A stretch of 63,395 bases of DNA, the filler included, from Bigelowiella natans CCMP2755 (lineage: Eukaryota; Protista; Cercozoa): the NCBI GenBank assembly GCA_000320545.1. It is 8 parts of 8 records of this genome, joined end to end, with 100 filler letters (N's around TTAATTAATTAA, not from the genome) between each part and the next. Parts side by side here need not be neighbours in the genome. Positions count along the whole stretch, not along the records: positions 1 to 25,755 come from ADNK01001930.1; 7 more parts are not named here. The stretch is one strand, 5' to 3'. The position numbers and the translations under genes are program-made. The notes under the pieces are model-generated. The model saw only the letters and a list, made by a program, of their open reading frames with translations. It was not told the origin of the DNA and made no database searches. Shown piece by piece: positions 1 through 13,890 of this stretch; positions within the stretch are counted from its first letter, which is position 1; each line of letters opens with the position of its first letter.

Positions 1-78
<78 letters not shown>

Positions 79-95
79 CGCGTAAGCGTTTTCGA

Positions 96-126
96 CCTCT
101 GCAGCTGCACACATGATAATCTTGTG

Positions 127-163
<37 letters not shown>

Positions 164-317
164 CTCTGTAGCTGCACACATGATAATTTTGTGCTACTAC
201 TATTACTACATACCTCTGCAGCTGCACACATGATAATCTTGTGCTACTACTACTACTACATACCTCTGCAGCTGCACACATCATAATCTTGTGCTACTAC
301 TACTACTACTACATACC
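96..317. repeat. Intronic minisatellite: 4 copies of ~33-bp ACCTCTGCAGCTGCACACATGATAATCTTGTGC separated by variable (TAC)n
   Basis: Copies begin near 96, 162, 212 and 262, each followed by a (TAC)n run of different length. Confidence 0.9.
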
Positions 318-330
318 TACAACAACAACA

Positions 331-368
<38 letters not shown>

Positions 369-378
369 GCAAAAGTAG

Positions 379-503
379 GTTCATGCTCAGCTATCAGGCG
401 AACTACTATCAAAGAATGATATAAAAGGGTAATGGTAATAGTAGTAAGACTAGAGCACCTGTTATTATTCGGATTGATGAAAGGAGAAAAAAGCCAGCAT
501 ACG

Positions 504-536
<33 letters not shown>

Positions 537-1725
537 CTGTTTAAGAAAATCGGCAAATTATATTTGTTGCATATTTTGAAATGCAGCAGCTATTTGGTAC
601 AATACAGCTTTCTTAATGATCTTGGTGATGAAAGTTTATTTTCCCATCCTGTCTTGTAATTTAAAATTGGATGGATAGGACGATGCAGACCAGGAATACA
701 AAAAATCCACTTGCTATGATACACTCAGCTTCCAAAGGACACAACGGATTATATAGGTGTTGTTGTTGTTGTTGTTGTTGTTGTGTTGTGTGTGTGTGTG
801 TGTGTGTGTGTGTTTATCCTAATCGATCATATCTATTCATTTTTTAAGAGTGGCAAACTTCACAATTCTCCTTCGCAATTTCACCTTTTACCCCCTCCGC
901 CCACCCTACCCCCCCCTACAATCTCCAACGGTCCTTATCCTCATCTACCTATGTTCTTCCACCTACTACTCATTAATCATCCTTTGTTGTTCTGCTTGCT
1001 ACTAAGAGGAATATCAGCTTCATTGCTGCGCCAATCCATTTTTGCAACGACGAGACACGGTCAACATCCCGTAACAAATTGCATGTGAATGATGATAAGC
1101 CTACAGCACCACCACCACCAGCAGCAGCCTGTGTACTACATAATTATAAGTCAGTCTCGCACTCGGTTTTTGGTTGGTTGATTGTGTACTTGTGATCCAT
1201 CAATATGACGTTGCTATCTATTACCTACGAATCTTCACAAGAAGGTCTTTGAGAGCCCTGCAACTACTACTACTGCTGCTGCTGCTTGCTGCTGCTTGCT
1301 GCTATAACTAGTAATCATTGTCAACCTCACCAACAACAACATCACCTACCTTTTCAGGCCTATATTATCATCTTAACCAACATTTTGCTAAGATATCTCC
1401 TCTAGCATCTTTGGCAAGTGTATGTGATAATAGTAACCACTATTAGTACTACTTATAGTAGAAAAACCCATGAGAATAATGTAAAATTCATTACCAAGAC
1501 CTTTTGAAGATTAAAAAGTAGTTTGGTCTGCTCTTACACGATGATTCAATGTCATCGTCCTCGTCGTTGGCGTCGCCGTAATACTTGGTGATTAATCTTG
1601 TTCTCCTCTTCCTCTTCTATACCCCCCTCCTTCGTTACTACTATTGTAGGTCTCATCCGCAATGCTTGCAGGGATAATAGGAGCAGTAGCTGCGAATCCA
1701 GCTGACGTTGTCCTCGTAATACAGC

Positions 1726-1758
<33 letters not shown>

Positions 1759-1759
1759 G

Positions 1760-1790
<31 letters not shown>

Positions 1791-1936
1791 CGATCAACGA
1801 TTTACGTAGTTAAAAATCAAGCTGAGTTCTAGTTATTTTCTTTCTTGTTCCAAATATACATTATCACCATTGTTATTGCCGGTATCATCATCACCATCAT
1901 ATTTCAATATACTCAGTATTGTCATTATCATTATTA

Positions 1937-1970
<34 letters not shown>

Positions 1971-3989
1971 CATTCCTATAGATTCGAATGCAATCCGACC
2001 CCCATTGGCCTCCACAACGTCAAAGGCGGTACAAGAATAATATTACTACTAATAACAATAACATTTGCTCATAATAAAGAATAAAAAGAAGAAGAAGAAG
2101 CTGCTGTTTGCGTGCATTGTTGATCGATAAAAATTTGTATGATAACAAGAGCACTGTCAGTATTACAACACATGGACAATCTCGATTTGCTACTGCTGCC
2201 TCCCCTAATATTATGTATCTTTTAATGACAACGTGAAAATTGGTAGGTACCGGCATGCTTTCGATGGCATTTTGAAAATAATCAGAAAAGAGTCTTGGAG
2301 GTGCTAGTAGTAGTAGTAGTAGTTGTTTTGATTGATTATTGTACGTTCGTAGAAAGAAGAAGTTCAGCAGCAAATGCATAACGACGATGATGATGGTGTT
2401 TCTAACGTTGATCAATTTTGTAATCATTCTGCGATGTGCTGTTGTCATAGAAGAAGAAGAAGAAGAAGAAGAAGAAGAAGATAATAGATCATTCGTTAGC
2501 AATCCCCTACTAATTGTTCCTGCAATAATATATCACATCATCACCATCATCATCATCATCATCTTTCAGGCGCTTATGGAGAGGATGTTTACCGACTGTG
2601 ATCCGTGCAGTTTTGGTAGGTGCTAGTAGTAGTAGTAGTAGTAGTAAAGGAGGAGTATCATCATCATCATCATCGTCATCATCATCGACTACTTATTGAG
2701 TAGTATCTTGAATGCTTCTCCTTCTACAACAACAACAAGCACTACTACTATTACCACAACCACTACCACTATTGCCTCAAATACGACAGCAACCAAACCC
2801 TCACTAATCCTATCATTATAGGTGACTTCTTCACAAATTCCTTCCTACCATTTGGTAAAAGGGTTGTTGGTATCTAAATGGTCCGAAATCTGTCATTCGT
2901 CTTCTGTTTCTACTCACATTCTGGCAGGATCCGCATCGGTACTACTACTACCAATTGTGTAGTATTAGTTGTAGTATTAGTATTAATATTATTATTATTA
3001 TTAGTAGTAGTAGTAGTAGCAGGGAAAGAAGATGATATTCTGACGTATTGTAGCTCCTATTCTTTCTCATTTTCATCTTTGTATCTATCGTCTTATCATG
3101 CATTTGTATATATATATAATATAATATAATATAATATATATATTTCTATATTAGGCGATTTGTGCCTCCTTGGCGACTAACCCTGTAGATCTCATAAAGA
3201 CACGCATAATAAATATGCAGAAGACTCCTACAACTACTACGCATACTGGCAGTACTTCGATCAATAGGTGATTGTTACTTGACATCATCATTATATACAT
3301 ATGCAGCTGCTTTTTACCCACCGCCACTACGCTCGAGTAGTGAGGCTCATTCAGTGTTAGAATTATTATTGCTATTATTCTTATTATTCTGGTCATCATC
3401 GTGGGGATGAACAATATAGTATTTAACTCTATTGATGTTATATTTGTGTTACTCTAGCGAATGAGTGTTTGCACGATATTAACCTATATTCGTATGGTAT
3501 TACAACAACTACTACCACTATGATGCTACCACTGGTGCTGCTACTTATACTGACAATATGTGATATTTCAATATTTATTGTTCGAAATGCATAGATACTA
3601 TTCTAGTCCTCTTGATTGCGCAGCTCGTACTGTAAAGGCTGAAGGGTAAGTAAGCAGCATCTAAGATTGATTCCCTCCAACCACCGTATAGATGTACGAC
3701 TACAACACCAACCAACTCCTAGATCCAATAACAACATGTTGATATCTTTATATCAGGCTACTTGGGCTGTATAAAGGGATTTATGCAACAATGGCCCGGT
3801 ATTTTCGTTTCCTTTCAAATAAATTTCATATGGGAGAAAACGGGGACATCTTCATAGATTTTCAAATAAAACGCAGTTAAAATTGTTAGGTTGGTTCCAC
3901 ACACCATGATCCTGTGGGTTGTACAAGAGCAAGTCATATCTTTTTTTGATCGTGAAGATGATGTGGTAATTAGTTCTTCAAACAACTAA
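379..3989 (+). CDS. Mitochondrial carrier (SLC25), dicarboxylate/2-oxoglutarate-malate carrier-like; 5' part lies outside the window; multi-exon
   Basis: Spliced exons give VHAQLSGEL..GLYRGISASLLRQSIFATTRHGLY..NPADVVL-IRMQSDPHWPPQRQR-RYRHAFDGI..RLWRGCLPTVIRAVL-VTSSQIPSY..NPVDLIKTRIIN..GLYKGIYATMAR-LVPHTMILWVVQEQ, with TAA at 3987-3989. It has PxDxxKxR carrier motifs and an RMQxD..RRxY signature like DIC/OGC. Confidence 0.9.
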
Positions 3990-4029
3990 AGAATCAGTAT
4001 ACTACCGAGATGTTGAAATCATGTCAGTT

Positions 4030-6350
4030 TCAAACTCCGTCATTTGTACGTGCACTTTCTCCATGAAAAATGAATCATGAACATCTACACATCTTTGATC
4101 AGCAACTTGCTCTTGATAAGCGTGCAAATCTGCGAACCTCCATCACACGTGCTGAGCACACGTGCATGCTGCTGCCACTCGCTCAAGTTCCTTGTGTCGC
4201 ATTCAAAAGCTGGCATGGCCATTTGCACAGGACAATCGAGCAAGTCCAACGAGGTGCAGCAGGCGCCCGTGTGTTTGCAGTTGCCACAATGTCTAGGTGT
4301 GCCCTGCCACACTCTAGACTCTGCACGTTCTGGGCCGCACGCAAAGCACACACGTCTGAACATGCTAGCATGTCCACAACAAGCGCCTTGCAGGGTCATC
4401 GCACGCCCATCGCAGCTTCCCAGCTTGCTGGCTTGCATTTCACAGTTCACGTCTGCCGTTGTCACGGCAGACAGTCTGGATGGACAGGCATCCACGTGCG
4501 TGGATGAATGAACAAGTCTAGAAGTAAATGAATGACCAACGAACGAAGCAATTCCATCGGCATGGTTGAACAGTTCACGGAATGTGCGCACGCTGACTCG
4601 TCGCAAGCCTAACTTTGTGTTGGAAGAAAGTGTTTCTTGTGGAGCGCATGCGCTAGCTAGCTAGAGCGTGATGATCATTAAGCTAGCAAGGTTCAAGATT
4701 CAAGATTCAAGATTCGTGTTCATTCGACATTACAACAAGGTGTGCCAATGGCTGTGCTGCAGCTCGCAGCACCAGCTAGAGCAAGCAAGAAAGAGTGAAG
4801 CACAGCAGGGAAACATTGACGACAATGAAACGGCGAGTGCCCAGAGTGCGCCGAAGCAAAAGTGAGAACAAAGTTGAACACTTGACATCAAATTGAACTG
4901 AGCATTGATGCAAAGATCGAAAGAAAGAAAGAAACCTTGATGATGAACCAATGTTTCCAAAGTGTTGCATGATGCACTGGCAAAGTGCAAAACGCAGCAC
5001 CTCGACTGGTCGAGCTGAACGCAGCGAGGACTGCTAGCTGGCTAGCTGGCCAAACTGACCGATGCAAAACAAGATTCAAAATTGAACAATGCGAACAATG
5101 AACAATGAACAATGAACGATGAACGTGATGATGGACGTGCTGCACTTCCAAAATTGTGCATGCCATTGCCATGTCTGTCATCAAAACGCGACAAGGCACC
5201 TGCAAAGTGCGAAACGCAGTGCTTCGAACTGACTTCAGTGAGGACTGATTGGTGAAACCAGTAATGAGAATTGAGAATCAGTGATCTGACTGTCACGGAG
5301 CAGTGCAACCAGCGCTAGAGCGGCAACGTGACGGCGACGCAATGCATCCACTCTGACCAGGAATCTCCGGAAGGCCACGTCGACACGATGGTCCACAATC
5401 GGGTCGTCCGAGTGTGCACAACACTTTGGTTTTCATGGAGTCAGAAACGTGAACAATGAACAATGATGAAAAACGTGCGTTTCCAAAGTGTGGCAAGACA
5501 CTTGCAGTGCTGGAGTGCACAAAGTGCAGTGCCTCGAACTGGCTTCACCAGTTCAGTGAGGACCAGCAAATTGGCGGGGTTCGTGCGAATTGGTGCGATC
5601 TGAACATTGAAAAGCATCACAACTAGCAGCCAAGTGACGACGACGCAAGGCATCCATCCTGGACAGGAACTTTCCTGACAGCCACGTCCACACGGCTAGA
5701 CGGAGGTCAACACTCCGGCACTGAGGACAACCTGCAGGGCTGGAGGGACTTCTCAAGTCCACATGCGTGTGCACGCATGCAAACACACGTGCCCATTCTT
5801 CACGTGCACTGGAAAAAGCACACGTGCTCTTTTTGCATCCACACATGCACCAAACAGCTGCACCGGAAGTTGGAGGCACACGTGAAGTCCAAAAGTGGTC
5901 GATGCACACGTCACAGACAGCTTGCACGCACGGGGACTTCATGAGTCCATGTAAACCGAGGGAGCACCGAGCAAGAATCTGGTCTTGACAGAGTCAGGGG
6001 CAACAAAAAAAGAAGTGCAAGCAGGAGGTGCAGGGCCGAGAGCTGCTCTGATGCTGGCGGAGAACAGCAGTTGAACTCTCACAGCGTTCAAGCGAGCACA
6101 ATGATGTAGGAGGTGGTCAACACTTTGAACAACTCCAGCATCGCAAAGAGGGCAGATGGAGCGTGACAACGCAATTGAATCGCGCAAATTAGAGATCAAT
6201 TAAAAGGTTGGGTTCATGTTTTCACGTGGAGGATGAGGGGGGAAGGATTGGATGTTCGATGAGACTGATCGATTCGGGACTCGAAACATGTGCGACAACA
6301 AATGTGGGATGTCGCAGTGACATGACCAATCCCCATTTGTTCTGAATGCA
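4030..6350 (-). mobile_element. Cluster of degenerate non-LTR retrotransposon (LINE) 3' ends; TpA-eroded island 1
   Basis: The minus ORF 5939-6199 has CPLC..QSVDHLLHHC (zf-RVT-type C-terminal Zn knuckle). A repeated ~250-bp module (TTCCAAAGTG..GCAAAGTGCGAAACGCAGTGCCTCGAA..GAGGAC) occurs near 4950, 5145 and 5480. Simple-repeat tails: (AACAATG)n at 5085-5125 and 5452-5470, (TTCAAGA)n at 4692-4714. Confidence 0.75.
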
Positions 6351-6460
6351 TTACTCTAGTTACGCCATGCTATTTTTGATGTCGCAGCAACAAAATCAAG
6401 GAGGATTCGAGATCGTCAATCAAACAAGTTCGAAGCAACGGAAAAATAGAGATCACCACC

Positions 6461-8700
6461 ATGGAAAGCTGTCATCAGAGCAACACAGATGGGGGAGGAG
6501 GCACTAAGACTGGGAACAATACGGCGGGAAAACGGAAGACCGAACAAGCCAGGCTTCGGTTTGTGAAAAATTGTCTTAAGTTTACCACTATCCACAAAGC
6601 AATTAATTCAGAAATTGGTGATGACGACCTTTCTTATTACTTACACTTTAGTTACGTCAACAAAATAATCGGCGTCTCCAACAGAAAGGAGACGAAAGAA
6701 CAGGTAGTGCGGTACTATTCATTAGAGACTCACACAGAAGCTTCACCTTTGCTCGGATAGCTAATAGAACTCGGCGGAAACTATCAATCTAGTGACATAT
6801 TAAACGATGATTCCTATGTAGTAAGGGGTGATATTTAAGCTAAGTACTCTTCTGGTGGAAGGAACTCTATTTCAACGAAAGAACATTTCCATGATGAATA
6901 AATATGTAGCTTTGGAACATCTGCTGCACAAATGAATGCTCTGGTTTGTAGTACAATACTAAGCTGGATATTTCAACTTTCGAATTTTCAGCTTCAGTTG
7001 CGGCGAAAGCAAATATTTAAGTACTATGATGCAGACAATAGTGGGGATCTTGACAAGAACGAGGTACTAAAAATATTATGATTATGTGTGATATATGTAA
7101 ATAGCTGATTACTCGATGCATTTGACATCGTAGCACAATACATGATGATGGTCTGACCTCTTGCTGTGTTGGTTGTTTACAGTTAAGGCAGATGTTGGAA
7201 GATATGTATGTAGAAAGGATCAGAATAGCCGAGATACAGGGCGCTTCTCGTGCATGGGTAATGATAAGTAGAGTGCTTACCACTACCATATTATTTATAT
7301 TATTATAATTATCATAATTATTATTCTTAGTTTTACTGTTATTTTTATTATTATTGCAAAGTTGTGCGAACAAACTTTTTAACAAATACCCCTGCAGGGT
7401 AGATGCTGCTGTTTACATATTGTTAATATTTTAAAATATGTAAGGTGAAGCATGCGATGAAACAAGTCAATAAAGAAAACGGAAGGAATGTGATAGAATC
7501 GGTAGTATATCGTAATGAAAGTAGAATAATTGTGCTGCTTGATCTCACCATTACCTGTACTACCTCTTTACCACCTCCACAATCATCAACATCGTTCTCA
7601 TCATCATCATCATTATCATCATTATCATCATCATCATCAGGGTGTGCAGGAGCTTCTAGTACTGAGAGATCTGAATAAAAATAAGAAACTTGGTAGTTGA
7701 TTCATTCATTAAACGACGACAGACTGACCATAGAACATAGTTGATTCATTCATTAAACGACGACAGACTGACCACAGAACATAGTTGATTCATTCATTAA
7801 ACGACGACGACAGACTGACCACAGAACAAATTATGACATCATTTTGACATCAGTTATCATCATGCCATTTCTATGTAGCAAGCAACATCATTTGTAGAGG
7901 AAAACGTGTATACTAACCTCCTCTTCTAGCTAGATACGTCGTTGTTAAACAACAAATATAGTGATAATATGCTGCCTCAATATTTGTAGTAGTACATACA
8001 TACATACATATATACGTACATACACTTATAGATGACCTTCGCATTACATACTTATAGATGATGCTTCCTCTTTTAAACACAGGCAACTATCACCTACTTA
8101 TTAGCAGCTTAGATGCAATAATGATTTCCTTCTTTTGATTCGTTTCTCTGAGTGTAAGAATTTTAAGTATTTTCTATCGTCATCAGCCCGCTATTGCCTA
8201 CTGTCAATCTATTTTTACTTTCAAACCTATTATTATTAGTAGTATTATTTTCTATTCTTCTTCTTCTTCTTCTTCTTCTTATTTATTTATTATTCTTCTT
8301 ATTGTGCCTTTTCCTTCTTAGATTGGAAGGAGTTTTCTGCTGTGATCTCACGGGAGGAGTACTTATTCAAGAAGTAACCAACAACAACAACAACAATAAT
8401 AATAATTTTAATAAACAGTTCAAGTAGATGTATTCGCGTAGTGTGGAAGATAAAGAGAGACAGAGAGAGAAGCCTTGTCATCATCAAGATTAAATTAAAC
8501 TGTGTTGTTACTTTCGTTACTTTTCTGCTCTTTTTCTTTATGGTCTTTCATGGTACTGACTAACCACCAACAAGCTGTCATTACAATCGTTTGATGGTAC
8601 TGACTAACAACTAATAGGAGGAATCGATTTTGGAGATTAGCACCTCTTGCAGACATCCCCATCTACGTGATGATAATGATGAAGAACGAGAGAGAATGGG

Positions 8701-8744
<44 letters not shown>

Positions 8745-9860
8745 CAATAATCGTTAAATCTGATGCAGAACAATTAAAAGTAGTAAATGACTTTTATCCA
8801 TGCTATAAGGTGGGGGGGAAAGGGGCAAGTACCCAACCCATGAAATGGATGATGCAGCAGTAGCAGCAGCATATAAACAACAATATCAGTGTATAGTGAT
8901 TAACATTATTCTTATTCCTTTCAAAGTGTTGTTCTTCCTGATCAATTATTACTACTACTACTAATACTACTTACTACTGCAGATTGATAATTTCGCCAAT
9001 GGTCCTTATCACAGGTAGCCAGTGCTGCTAATGGATGATGATCATAACTATATATTAGAAGTAGAAATAGAAACACATAATTACATGCACACATTCAAGA
9101 AGAAGAAGAAGAAGAGGAAGAAGAAGAAGGAGGAGGAGGAGTGAAAATATGCGGAGTGTAGTTATCTATTTTTATGTAGTAGCAGTCAGTAGTACGAACT
9201 TGTTGTAGTAGTAGTGGTAGTAGTAGTAGTAGTAGAGTAAGAAACAACAAAAAAGACGAGGAATCATCATCATTATCATCATCATTATTTCAATGTATGG
9301 TATATTCTCTTTTACTCTCTCTTCTCTCTTCTTGTTGTACTGCTCGTACACATGATATCACTATCTATCATGTTTCATCATCACATTTTAGTGCCAAGAT
9401 TCTTCTGGCAGGAGCAGCAGCTGGGGTATGTATGTATGTATTGACAAATAGAGAAAGAAGAGGAATGATGATGAGGAGGAAGAAGAATATCAATGCATTT
9501 AATATTATTCTTGATATCCTCCTCAGGTTATTGGTAAAACTTTCTCGAGCCCCCTCTCACGGTTGACGATTCTGCAGCAAACAGGAGGTGATAATAAGAA
9601 CAACAAGAAGGGAAAGGAAGTGAGAATGGAAGAGGGGTATATTGATGAGAATGAGTGATTTGATTTACGATCAACAATTGTGTATTTATGTTGGAGAATA
9701 CTAAGACATTAGTGCTTGCTATAACACACATGCATGTACACACACACACACACACACACACGCAAAAGGGCTAAGAGGAGGCCCTCAAGACATGATAGGA
9801 ATGACAAGGTATATAATACAAACGGATGGGATAAAAGGACTTCTCAGAGGTAAATATAAC

Positions 9861-9897
<37 letters not shown>

Positions 9898-10079
9898 ATG
9901 CGAGTATGTGAGTATGTGTGCGTGTGTGTGTGTGTTTGTGTGTGTTTATGTGTGGTGGATCTTCTGTCTACTTGCATCTTGACACACTCATATACAGCTA
10001 TTATTATTGCAATAACACGCCACTGTATGATGATGATAATGATGATATGTGGTAGGGAATACGGCTGATGTGCTAAGAC

Positions 10080-10113
<34 letters not shown>

Positions 10114-11098
10114 TCATCATCTTCATCATCATCACCACCATTATCATGATCAAAGATTCCTTACGCTGGATCTCAATACGTAGCATATGAATATTTGAAG
10201 GTACTACTAGTTGTAGTAGTAGTAGTATTTCAATATTCAAGGCGGTCTTGATCGTGAAAAAGAAATAGTAGAGCAATTATTATTATTGCTATTATCATTA
10301 TCATTATCATTATCAATTTTTTTATTATTTCAGGGTTAGTGGTATGGATCAGCACAACATGATGATGAAATCCTAGATAAACAATTTTTTGTGAATAGAA
10401 GATCAGAGGAAGTACGTTTATCTTTCAGTATTGGTAGTGTATTGTGGGATTATGTTATTTACTAAGGCTGTTTAAATATCAATACGATCACCATTATTAT
10501 ATATCATCATCATCTTAATTTGTTGGAAAAAACAAAACTCTTAGAATATCTTCGCTGGACAATTGTCAATAGGGCATACCCCAGAAAGAATGTTAGCAGG
10601 GGGTACTACTACCGTCACTGCTACTACTACTACTACTACTACTACTACTTATAGTACTAATACTAATACTACTATTTTCTTCGATACTAGTGATGATAAT
10701 GATGATGATTAAGAATCCTTTTGTAGATGTAGTAGTAGTAGTAGTTGTTGTTGTTGTAGCTCTTTGCTGCATATCTGTGTTTGTACACTGTAGTCACCAG
10801 ATAAAGGGAGGAGAGGTCAAGAGAGACCTTCCAAAGAGAATAAATTATATGTCATATTTTCTTTCTAATAGCAAAGAATATGAGCACTGCTACAGCTACC
10901 ACTATATTACACCAACTAACAAACTAACCGCTAACAGGATTAGCAGGAGCTTTTAGCATTGCATTGACCTTTCCCCTAGGTTGGTAGTAGTAGTAATAGT
11001 AGTAGTAGTAATAGTAGTAGTAGTAGTAGTGGTAATGATTGATAATGATGATAATAAGGGTCTTCAAATGATAAGAAGGGTGTTCTAATGACTGTGGG

Positions 11099-11132
<34 letters not shown>

Positions 11133-11219
11133 AAGAAGGCAGTTTTGATGACTGTGCATTTAATGGGACGGCATTACAGACACTGATATTTTCAGACAAC
11201 AACAACAACAACAACAAAG

Positions 11220-11251
<32 letters not shown>

Positions 11252-11814
11252 TACTATCACTACTATGACTACGCTGTGCCTTCTTTTACTAATGTAATAC
11301 TCCCAAAACCCATCCGTGAACAACACACCAACAAACAAACCAACCAACCAACCACCTTCCTTCATTAGACTGCGAACATAACGACGACGAAGAAGAAAGA
11401 GAGTCCTCTGCTACAACATACATATACATAACCAAGTGCCGTGTTGTGTATTATTGTGTTGTTTGTTGGTTAAACATCTCAGATACCATCAGAGCACGGA
11501 TGGCCATTCAAACTGCAGAAAACATCAAGTAATACTGGCGATATCCTTAATCCTCTACTTTGTCCTTGATTAATATTATTTTGTACATTTTCTTATTCTT
11601 CTTTTTCTTCTATGTCATTCATAATCATTCTTGGCTTCTAAATTTACGTTGTCATCGTCATCATCATCATCATCATCATCATCATCAACATTGTGTATGT
11701 TCACTACCGCTACTACTACTACTACTACTACTACTCTGCTAACATTATAAAGATATCAATCCATCATGCATGCTTTCCGGAAGATCGTCTCTGAGGAGGG
11801 AATAGGTAATGGAT

Positions 11815-11854
<40 letters not shown>

Positions 11855-11949
11855 CAAACGTAAAACAAACACACTTCTAGGAGCTCTGTACCGTGGATGT
11901 GGCACGGCGGTAATAATTAATACTCAACATATTATTAACAAGTCTACAT

Positions 11950-12013
<64 letters not shown>

Positions 12014-12468
12014 AGTGTAGATCAATTTATATAATCGTATTTCTTCTATGTTCCTTTTAACAGACTAAGTAAATATACTGCAACAATACACACAATAATA
12101 CACACAAGGCTCATTGTCATCATCATCCTAACTAGTACTTCTACCATACTTAAGGGCACTTGTATGTATCATCAGATAGCTGAACGTTTCCCAAATATGG
12201 CAATCAACTTTGGCGCGTGCGTATAAAGAAGAGAAATATTGCTAACATTCATTTGGCTATTTAGTTATCATCATTAATGTAGAGGCTTCTTAGTAGCGCA
12301 GCTTTGAAATTCCTCTCTTATTTTTCTCCGTAAATAACAAATATGACAATATGCGCTAGATATGAGCTGATAAAGTCAAAACTTGCAAAGTATGATGAAA
12401 GTCTTAATGGCATGGCAGCTTCCCTTATAAGTGGGGGTATGTACGATGGGATCTATTTTTCCACTCGC

Positions 12469-12504
<36 letters not shown>

Positions 12505-13180
12505 GCTCTGTGCGCGCGCGTGTGTGTGTGTGTGTGTGTTTACGCGCGCGCATGTTTGCTTGTAGTCGGTGTACACAAACATTAATGACGAATTAATCTA
12601 TTATTTGTGGTAGTCGCAAATTGTTGTATTAATCCAACTCTACTACAACTACTACCACTACTACTCTCTACACACCAAAAATGAAGGAATTGCCGGCATT
12701 ATTTCTACGACAATTTGCTTTCCGCTGGACCTCATTATGAGAAACCTTCAGGCAAATAACTTTGTTTCATCACTGAACTACTATTTTATCAACACAAGCA
12801 CTTTTATTGTCAAATAGTAGAATGATGAATCCAATAAAATAGCGCGGTTTTGAATTCTAACCATACACCAAAAACAGACAGGAGCTGCAGCCTCTGGACC
12901 CTTCACGGTAAACCATCATTAGGGTGGTGCATATTACACATTGAATATTATATGAGCACACACATGCATATATGTACACATGTTGATCATTACATTTATA
13001 ATTACTATGTATTCTGAGTAGCAGCGAGACGCTGTTAAAATAGAAACTTATGATTTTTGAAAATAATTCACGCGAATGATATATATTGGATATGCATTGC
13101 TCAGAACTCATAGCTCAGAACTCATACAAAATCATCACATTCATAGCTTTCGAAAATTATCTACAGACAAATCTCCACAA

Positions 13181-13225
<45 letters not shown>

Positions 13226-13243
13226 CCCTGGCCAGTGAATGTG

Positions 13244-13281
<38 letters not shown>

Positions 13282-13501
13282 TGCTAATTTCTTTATCTTC
13301 TGTCAAAGGTTGCTTCTCAAATATACTCTTCTTATGGTAAGTAAGCGTGTATTATACACGTGGTGAAGCTAATGAAGTAAATAACAACAAAATATGTGAC
13401 AATGATACGGATGGTAGGTCTTCGCGGATTCTATTCTGGACTAACACCACAGTTAATCAAAGCACTTCCCTACACATGGTATTCCTCCTCCTTCTCCTCC
13501 A

Positions 13502-13533
<32 letters not shown>

Positions 13534-13890
13534 TCGCTACCTACTATCGCATAGTTAATACTCCAAGAATACAATATCGATTTTAAACAAATGAGAAGAA
13601 CAAAACCGCTTTGATGTATTTCAAATCGAGTGAATAGTACGATATCGCACCATTTTAACTGGAGGGTTTAAGTCGTGATGAGCAGTTATTCTTCTCAACA
13701 AACAAAAACAAATCTGGCGATTTGCACAATGAATATTTTAATTTTATGTCATCTTTCTTGTTTGGAGGCCAAAAGCAGGATGCATTTGGCATCAATTGGT
13801 ATGTTTGATGTTGACATTGCATGAATTCTCAGTGCCGTGTGGATGGTGTACGATTACTGCAAACGGGTACTTTACTTTGAAGTCAGATGA
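6461..13890 (+). CDS. EF-hand calcium-binding mitochondrial carrier (SCaMC/ATP-Mg:Pi carrier-like); >20 small exons
   Basis: The EF-hand exon reads FKYYDADNSGDLDKNE (~7010-7063). Carrier exons: AKILLAGAAAG-VIGKTFSSPLSRLTILQQ..GLLR-GNTADVLRQ-IPYAGSQYVAYEYLK..LAGAFSIALTFPL-DTIRARMAIQ..GALYRG..CFPLDLIMRNLQ..GLRGFYSGLTPQLIKALPYT-CAVWMVYDYCKRVL, with TGA at 13888-13890. The N-terminal exon chain is less certain. Confidence 0.8.
7694..7828. repeat. Intronic tandem repeat, 3 x 44 bp (TAGTTGATTCATTCATTAAACGACGACAGACTGACCAYAGAACA)
   Basis: Directly visible; it starts at the intron donor site. Confidence 0.9.

Noticed and set aside
96-317. CRISPR-like repeat-spacer appearance
   Set aside because: The spacers are just (TAC)n, the array is intronic in a eukaryote, and there are no cas genes.
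4070-5990. Dense overlapping ORFs in all six frames (also 13913-16000), rich in Cys/His/Val/Ala and nearly Tyr-free
   Set aside because: An artefact of TpA loss: TAA and most TAG stops and Tyr codons cannot occur, so spurious ORFs lengthen. These are not genes.
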